Origin: Myxococcota bacterium
GTDB taxonomy: Bacteria > Myxococcota_A > SURF-8
Direction: 5' to 3'
Assembly: GCA_963674735.2 (NCBI GenBank)
Contig: CAXXQS010000001.1
Span: 1,792,001-1,856,000, forward strand
DNA length: 64,000 nucleotides
The translations under genes were made by a program, and so were the position numbers. A model generated the notes under the pieces. That model worked only from the letters and a program-made list of their open reading frames with translations, did no database searches and was not told where the DNA came from. This document shows positions 59,091 to 64,000 of this stretch, piece by piece. The stretch's first letter is position 1. Every line of letters starts with the position of its first letter.

Positions 59091-59690
59091 TCAGAATGTC
59101 ACTTTCGGAGTCGCTTTGGCCGCTTCTTCGATTTCCAAATATTCGGCGGTTTGAACCCCGGTCATGGAAGCCCACCACTTACCGGGGATCCCGCGAATGT
59201 AGGAATTCAGTTCCTTGACCGCATCGTTATAACGTTTGCGCTCCACGGCAATTCGGTTTTCCGTTCCTTCAAGTTGATCCTGCAAGCGCAAAAATCCCTG
59301 ATTGGCTTTTAGGTCAGGATAAGTCTCTTTAAGCAAAAGAAGCCTGGAGAGCATGTTTTCCATCCCCTTCGCAGCTTTTATTTTTGCGTTGCGGTCGGGA
59401 GCACTGAAGTAAGACTTGCGCACTTCGGCAATCTGCGTAAGCAGTTCTTTCTCGTGTTTGGCGTATCCTTTAACCGTTTCCACCAGATTAGGAACTAAAT
59501 CGTAGCGTCGTTTAAGTTGAACTTCCACCTGGGCCCATTGCGCACTGACGGTCTCTTCCAGCGCGATGGTTTTGTTGTAGCCGCAACCGCTTAGCGACAA
59601 CAGCAAAAGCAGGATGGCCATTCCGATCGAAACGGGGTAACGATTGAAACGAAACCCTCGGATCACACGCTGCGTTCGACTATCAAACAT
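59091..59690 (-). CDS. lemA: LemA family protein
   Basis: QLKRRYDLVPNLVETVKGYA, YPDLKAN, TENRIAVER. Confidence 0.93.
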   Translation of the reverse strand: MFDSRTQRVIRGFRFNRYPVSIGMAILLLLLSLSGCGYNKTIALEETVSAQWAQVEVQLKRRYDLVPNLVETVKGYAKHEKELLTQIAEVRKSYFSAPDRNAKIKAAKGMENMLSRLLLLKETYPDLKANQGFLRLQDQLEGTENRIAVERKRYNDAVKELNSYIRGIPGKWWASMTGVQTAEYLEIEEAAKATPKVTF

Positions 59691-59738
59691 GGTCTTGCTC
59701 CATTACCGAAATAATACGTGATTGTTGTTTTCCATAAT

Positions 59739-60584
59739 CTACCAGCTTCCCCCGGCTCCACCGCCACCAAAGCCTCCGCCGAAGCCGCCGCCGAACGATC
59801 CCAAGCCGCCCCCCGAACCGCCGAAACCCCCGCCTCGGTATCCGCCACCGCGCATTCCGGACCCGGCACCCAGCAGAAAGAGCCAGAAAGGAACATTTCC
59901 ACCACGCCAGCGGCTCGCTCCGTAGCGCGAACGCCTGAAAAAACCGCCGATCATGGATGAAAACATAAACAGCATAAAGATAATTCCACCGATGCTTCCA
60001 CCCCAGGACGGTCGGCGTCGCATGGATGGCAGCTTCGGCATTCCACTGATTTCCACCTGGTAATGCTGGGCCAGAGTTTGGACAATTGTCAAAACCGCAA
60101 CCGCAATTCCCTGAGATGCATCACCCTTTTTCATGTACGGCAACATGCGTTCCCGTGCCACCGAACCCAGATATCCATCGGGTAGTACGCCTTCGAGACC
60201 ATACCCCGTTTCGAAACGATACTGGCGATCGGCTTTGGACAACATGAATAACAGTCCGTCATCTTTGCCTTTGTGTCCCAGTTTCCACTTCTCAGCTAAC
60301 CCCAAAGTGAACTGTTCTTTGGGAATACCTTCCAGGCTCGGGGTTGTAACCACAAGGAATTGGACCGCGGTCTTCTGTTCCAACTCTTGCAAAAAGCCAT
60401 TGAGCGCCCGCTCCGTATCATCACCAATCATGTCTCCCCGATCAGTGACATAGCGCGCCGGCTTGGAGGGCCATCCCGCGAGAAACCCGTCTTCGCCGGC
60501 AGAAGCCAACCAGCTGGCGAAAATACCCAGAATAATCAAGACAACCAGCCAGATCGTCCGTGGTTGACCGCTTCTACAACGCAT
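59739..60584 (-). CDS. TPM domain protein (YgcG-like) with Gly-rich tail
   Basis: YVTD, KWKLG..DDGLL, ETGYGLEG..PD, GGFGGGGAGGSW. Confidence 0.9.
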   Translation of the reverse strand: MRCRSGQPRTIWLVVLIILGIFASWLASAGEDGFLAGWPSKPARYVTDRGDMIGDDTERALNGFLQELEQKTAVQFLVVTTPSLEGIPKEQFTLGLAEKWKLGHKGKDDGLLFMLSKADRQYRFETGYGLEGVLPDGYLGSVARERMLPYMKKGDASQGIAVAVLTIVQTLAQHYQVEISGMPKLPSMRRRPSWGGSIGGIIFMLFMFSSMIGGFFRRSRYGASRWRGGNVPFWLFLLGAGSGMRGGGYRGGGFGGSGGGLGSFGGGFGGGFGGGGAGGSW

Positions 60585-61326
60585 CGATTGTCTCCACCAG
60601 TTTTCCGACCGAAATCAGCCAGGCTTCGAAAACACGTCTAACATCGGCCCTATCGATGGTCTTACCGGCTTTGTGCCGCTCCCATACAGTGATAAAAGCA
60701 TCCCCATCGATGGGAGCGAGACTCACCAGCCGTTTCACCGTATCGGTGTTTCCGGCATAGGCATCACCTCCCAAAAGATCCAGACTGGCCCTAAGTACGG
60801 GAAAAACATCCGTTACCCGTTCTTGAAACCACTTGGCCAACCAGGTTTCGTCACCAGCGGCGCGAAGATAGTTCTGTCTGAGTTGAACCCGCCAGGTGCG
60901 TAGTTCACGCTCAACTTGTAGGCGTAGATGCTCGCGATCAACCAAGATGTCGGCCAACTGATTCGCCCCGTAAAGACAGATGTGCGCCCGGCTAAGATCC
61001 AGAAATTCCATCGGAAAGACGTCTTGCCCACCACTTAGGTAATCAAGCGTCAGAAGCAAAGGAGCCCGCAAGCCTTTCGAACCAAAACGTTTCCCCAAAG
61101 CGGCTATGCCATTAAGTAGATCGATCGAAATCGTCTCGTAGATAAGAACCAGCTGAATATCTGGGTTATTATCGAGGTACTCGCCGCGCGCAGCCGGACC
61201 AATAAGATAAGCCGAAATCAGGGAGTCTTTTTCTTCACCCGAAATACCGATCAAAGCCTCACAAAACGGTTCGATGCGCGAAGCCACCTGTTTGTCGACA
61301 CCGGAGAAGTCAAACGATTGCGACAT
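60574..61326 (-). CDS. Nucleotidyltransferase-like protein
   Basis: YLIGPAARGEY..DI NTase-like motif; DVFPMEFLD..LRLQVERELR. Confidence 0.65.
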   Translation of the reverse strand: MSQSFDFSGVDKQVASRIEPFCEALIGISGEEKDSLISAYLIGPAARGEYLDNNPDIQLVLIYETISIDLLNGIAALGKRFGSKGLRAPLLLTLDYLSGGQDVFPMEFLDLSRAHICLYGANQLADILVDREHLRLQVERELRTWRVQLRQNYLRAAGDETWLAKWFQERVTDVFPVLRASLDLLGGDAYAGNTDTVKRLVSLAPIDGDAFITVWERHKAGKTIDRADVRRVFEAWLISVGKLVETIDAL

Positions 61327-61505
61327 ACATTCCTCCCAAGGGCTCAGGCCCCGTATTCCGAGTTCATACCCCCAGCCGGTCCAAGACCGGCGGTGTTGTC
61401 AAGCGCGAACAGTTAAACACGAATCCACTGGAATTTCAAATCTTTCCGAGAAAAGACGCCTACTCGAAAGTAGCCTGAAATCGCCCGGTCAAAATACACC
61501 GAGTC

Positions 61506-61549
61506 AAAAAATAAAGGCCCTCGTCCTGGAGTAGACGAGAGCCTTTTTT
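61506..61549. terminator. Terminator downstream of the peroxiredoxin gene
   Basis: AAAGGC-C-CTCGTC..GACGAG-A-GCCTTT flanked by A and T runs. Confidence 0.7.
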
Positions 61550-61583
61550 CCTCACAAAACGGTGTTAAAACACCATCTTCAGA

Positions 61584-62180
61584 TCAATAATGGGACTTGC
61601 CAAACGCCTTCAGGCCTTCGGGATCGGCCTTCATCGTGTCGCCACCCGGTTGCCAGTTGGCCGGACACACTTCGCCGGTTTTCTTGGTGGTCTGGAAAGC
61701 CTGGATGGTACGCAGAGTCTCATCTACACTGCGACCCACGGCCAAATTGTTGATAGTAGCGTGCTGGACAACTCCCTCTTCATCGATCAGGAACAGGCCA
61801 CGCAGCGCAACCCCGCCACTCAGCACACCGAACTTGTCGGCGATATTCTTGTCGATATCGGCCAGCAAGGGGAAATTGAGCGTTCCCACGCCACCGTTTT
61901 TCCGGTCGGTTTCCGTCCAGGCCAAGTGAGAGAACTGGCTGTCCACCGAAACACCGTAAACTTGCACACCCAGCTCGCGAAACTGATCGTTGGCGTCGCT
62001 GAAAGCGATGATCTCCGTCGGACAAACAAAGGTGAAGTCGAGCGGATAAAACAACAGCAAGGTCCATTTACCATCGGTCTGCGGCAAGGTGTATTCCTTG
62101 AAACCACCATTGATAACGCCGGTAGCAGTAAAGTCGGGGGCTTTTCCTCCAACCAAAGGCTTATTCGCATCACAACTCAT
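61584..62180 (-). CDS. ahpC: 2-Cys peroxiredoxin (AhpC/Prx1)
   Basis: [13 protein letters not shown] and GEVCPANW. Confidence 0.95.
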   Translation of the reverse strand: MSCDANKPLVGGKAPDFTATGVINGGFKEYTLPQTDGKWTLLLFYPLDFTFVCPTEIIAFSDANDQFRELGVQVYGVSVDSQFSHLAWTETDRKNGGVGTLNFPLLADIDKNIADKFGVLSGGVALRGLFLIDEEGVVQHATINNLAVGRSVDETLRTIQAFQTTKKTGEVCPANWQPGGDTMKADPEGLKAFGKSHY

Positions 62181-62384
62181 CAGAATTTCCTTTCCTAAAG
62201 TTTTCAGAATTCTATGTAAAGGGGTGCTTGGCACCGTCATCTAAAATCATTTCAAACAAGATGCACAAGTAGTCTGTTCTATTCCTACCATTTTAAATGT
62301 TTTTCATAACGCCCCAAGAAACACCTCAGAAAGTGATAATAGATATAAGTAGCTGTTATATTAACGTTTTTGCAGTCTACTTAA

Positions 62385-62413
62385 TTGACAAGCCAATCGG
62401 CTTCCAGTAGCAT
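62385..62413 (+). promoter_or_regulatory. Sigma-70 promoter of cmk
   Basis: TTGACA-17 nt-TAGCAT. Confidence 0.6.
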
Positions 62414-62434
62414 GGCATCGTTTAGGAGTCACCG

Positions 62435-63118
62435 ATGAACGCATTTACAGTCTGTATCGATGGACCAGCGGGATCAGGAAAAAGCACCGTCGCCCGCCAA
62501 GCAGCCAAAGAAATCGGTTTCCTGTACCTTGATACGGGGGCGATATACCGCAGTCTGGCTCGATTGGCGCATATACGGAACATCGACTGGGAAGATGGCG
62601 ATGCCTTGGCCGAATTGGCTTCCAATCTCCCTATACGCTTTTTCCCGGGGCCGGACAACCAACGGGTGCTAGTAGATGGCGAGGATTTCACTCAGATCAT
62701 CCGCAGCCCGGAAATCAGCACGGGAGCCTCGCAAGTCAGCCGCCATCCGGCAGTTCGCAACGCGTTGCTTGATTTGCAGCGACGCATCGGACACTCCCAT
62801 AATTGCATAGTCGAAGGCCGCGATACCGGCAGCGTGGTTTTTCCTGAAGCCCAGCTGAAGGTTTTTCTTATCGCGGATGTTGATGTTCGTGCAAAACGGC
62901 GAATGCTCGAGCATCAACAACGAGGGGAATCAGTGAGTTTCGAAGACATCCGTGCAGCCGTCATCGAACGGGACCGGTGCGATACGGAACGAGAAGCGGC
63001 CCCCTTGGTCAAGGCTCATGACGCCGTCGCCATCGACACCACGGACCTGACACCCAAGCAGGTTGTGGCGCATATTATCAGGCTTATCGAGGAAAAACGT
63101 GGCGAGAAAACCGTTTAA
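62435..63118 (+). CDS. cmk: Cytidylate kinase
   Basis: IDGPAGSGKST, LDTGAIYR, EGRDTG..VFP. Confidence 0.96.
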   Translation: MNAFTVCIDGPAGSGKSTVARQAAKEIGFLYLDTGAIYRSLARLAHIRNIDWEDGDALAELASNLPIRFFPGPDNQRVLVDGEDFTQIIRSPEISTGASQVSRHPAVRNALLDLQRRIGHSHNCIVEGRDTGSVVFPEAQLKVFLIADVDVRAKRRMLEHQQRGESVSFEDIRAAVIERDRCDTEREAAPLVKAHDAVAIDTTDLTPKQVVAHIIRLIEEKRGEKTV

Positions 63119-63647
63119 ATTCAAGTGCACAGCCTGCGGGCGGTGCTGTCAATGGGGCGGCTGGGTCTGTCTCTATCCTGAAGACGTCCGGCGTTTGGCG
63201 CAATTCTTCAATCAATCGCTGCAAAGCTTTGTCGATCAATACACCAAACATGTCGCCGTCGAGTTTCACTCCAACCGTGAATCCATCGTCATTCCCTACC
63301 TGGCGCTTAAACCGGGTAAAACCGGCTGCATTTTCCTGGTAGACAAGCTTTGCACCGTCCACGAGCAAAAACCGGTTCATTGCAAAGCCTCGCCCTTGCT
63401 GGCGGAATTTTTGCTCGATCAGGAAGGTTGGGAAAAATTCACGACGGAATGCGAAGGAGTCGGCCAAGGTCCGGTCATTACACGACCCGAAATCGACAAA
63501 GCCCTGCAAGAACAAGCGGAACGCGATATGGCTTACGAAGCCGCATTGGAAGAGGCAGGATGGAACCTTGGCCAATTACTGGGTGTAACGCTGCCCGAGC
63601 CGGAAATCCTGCCGGATTTTGGAATGGAAGTCGAGATCGAAGAGTAA
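63099..63647 (+). CDS. YkgJ family cysteine-cluster (CxxCxxCC) protein
   Basis: FKCTACGRCC, CIFL..CTVH..KP.HC, CEGVG; GTG start inferred. Confidence 0.85.
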   Translation: MARKPFKFKCTACGRCCQWGGWVCLYPEDVRRLAQFFNQSLQSFVDQYTKHVAVEFHSNRESIVIPYLALKPGKTGCIFLVDKLCTVHEQKPVHCKASPLLAEFLLDQEGWEKFTTECEGVGQGPVITRPEIDKALQEQAERDMAYEAALEEAGWNLGQLLGVTLPEPEILPDFGMEVEIEE

Positions 63648-63675
63648 AATCGAGTTTCCTCCGATGATTCAACAT

Positions 63676-63712
63676 AAAGAACGGGCGGCACAAGGCCGCC
63701 CGATTTTATTTC
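63676..63712. terminator. Terminator between convergent genes
   Basis: CGGGCGGC-acaag-GCCGCCCG followed by a T-rich tract. Confidence 0.75.
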
Positions 63713-63727
63713 ACTGAACTCTCGACG

Positions 63728-64000
63728 TTATTTGCGTTCAAGAAACTTCAAGATGTATTTCCCGTCTTTCACTTCCTTCAACTCTCCAACCACCTTGTCA
63801 CCCTTCTCCATGAAGAAGATACCGACGTGCGGAACATTTTCCTGCTTTTTCATGCAGGGTTTGCCGTCCTTGTTGAGCGCCCAATCCACGCTGAATTCGT
63901 AAACCTGACCTTTTTTAAGTTCTTTATGCGGGGCTTTTTTGGCAGACGGAGCCTTGGTAATCTTCACTTTCAGCTGTTTGACATTCGGAAAATCTTTCTC
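63728..64000 (-). CDS. C-terminal part of a Lys-rich hypothetical protein (runs off the window)
   Basis: Frame stays open to the window edge and ends at the shared terminator. Confidence 0.6.
   Translation of the reverse strand, partial: EKDFPNVKQLKVKITKAPSAKKAPHKELKKGQVYEFSVDWALNKDGKPCMKKQENVPHVGIFFMEKGDKVVGELKEVKDGKYILKFLERK

Noticed and set aside
59739-59860. CCG/GGC-rich repeats
   Set aside because: They encode the normal Gly-rich tail of the TPM protein.
61590-62198. 202-aa + strand ORF
   Set aside because: Antisense shadow of the peroxiredoxin gene with no recognisable motifs.

Overview
A 64 kb chromosomal window from a moderately GC-rich Gram-negative bacterium. Gene content and order suggest a deltaproteobacterial lineage (Myxococcota/Desulfobacterota-like); this is inference. 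Most of it is housekeeping: yebC-ruvC-ruvA-ruvB-lpxC, purB-thiE-thiL, cydAB, pgeF-rluD, meaB-mutS, P5C dehydrogenase, peroxiredoxin and cmk. Accessory modules include a TetR/LolA-like/outer-membrane barrel/lipoprotein/MMPL lipid-trafficking operon, an ECF sigma/FecR/barrel triad, a DtxR-regulated feo operon ending in a Mu Com-like zinc-ribbon gene and an acidic barrel gene, and two orphan radical SAM genes. The standout is unannotated: a ~295-nt minus-strand structured non-coding RNA at ~46380-46673. It has a near-consensus sigma-54 promoter and a Rho-independent terminator. Four hairpins display the same loop (A)GCAGUAUC on differing but pairing-preserving stems, and three hairpins display CCCCC loops. 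It is transcribed divergently from a sigma-54 enhancer-binding response regulator. No rRNA, tRNA, CRISPR array or mobile element was recognised. All calls come from reading sequence and motifs; no database searches were run.
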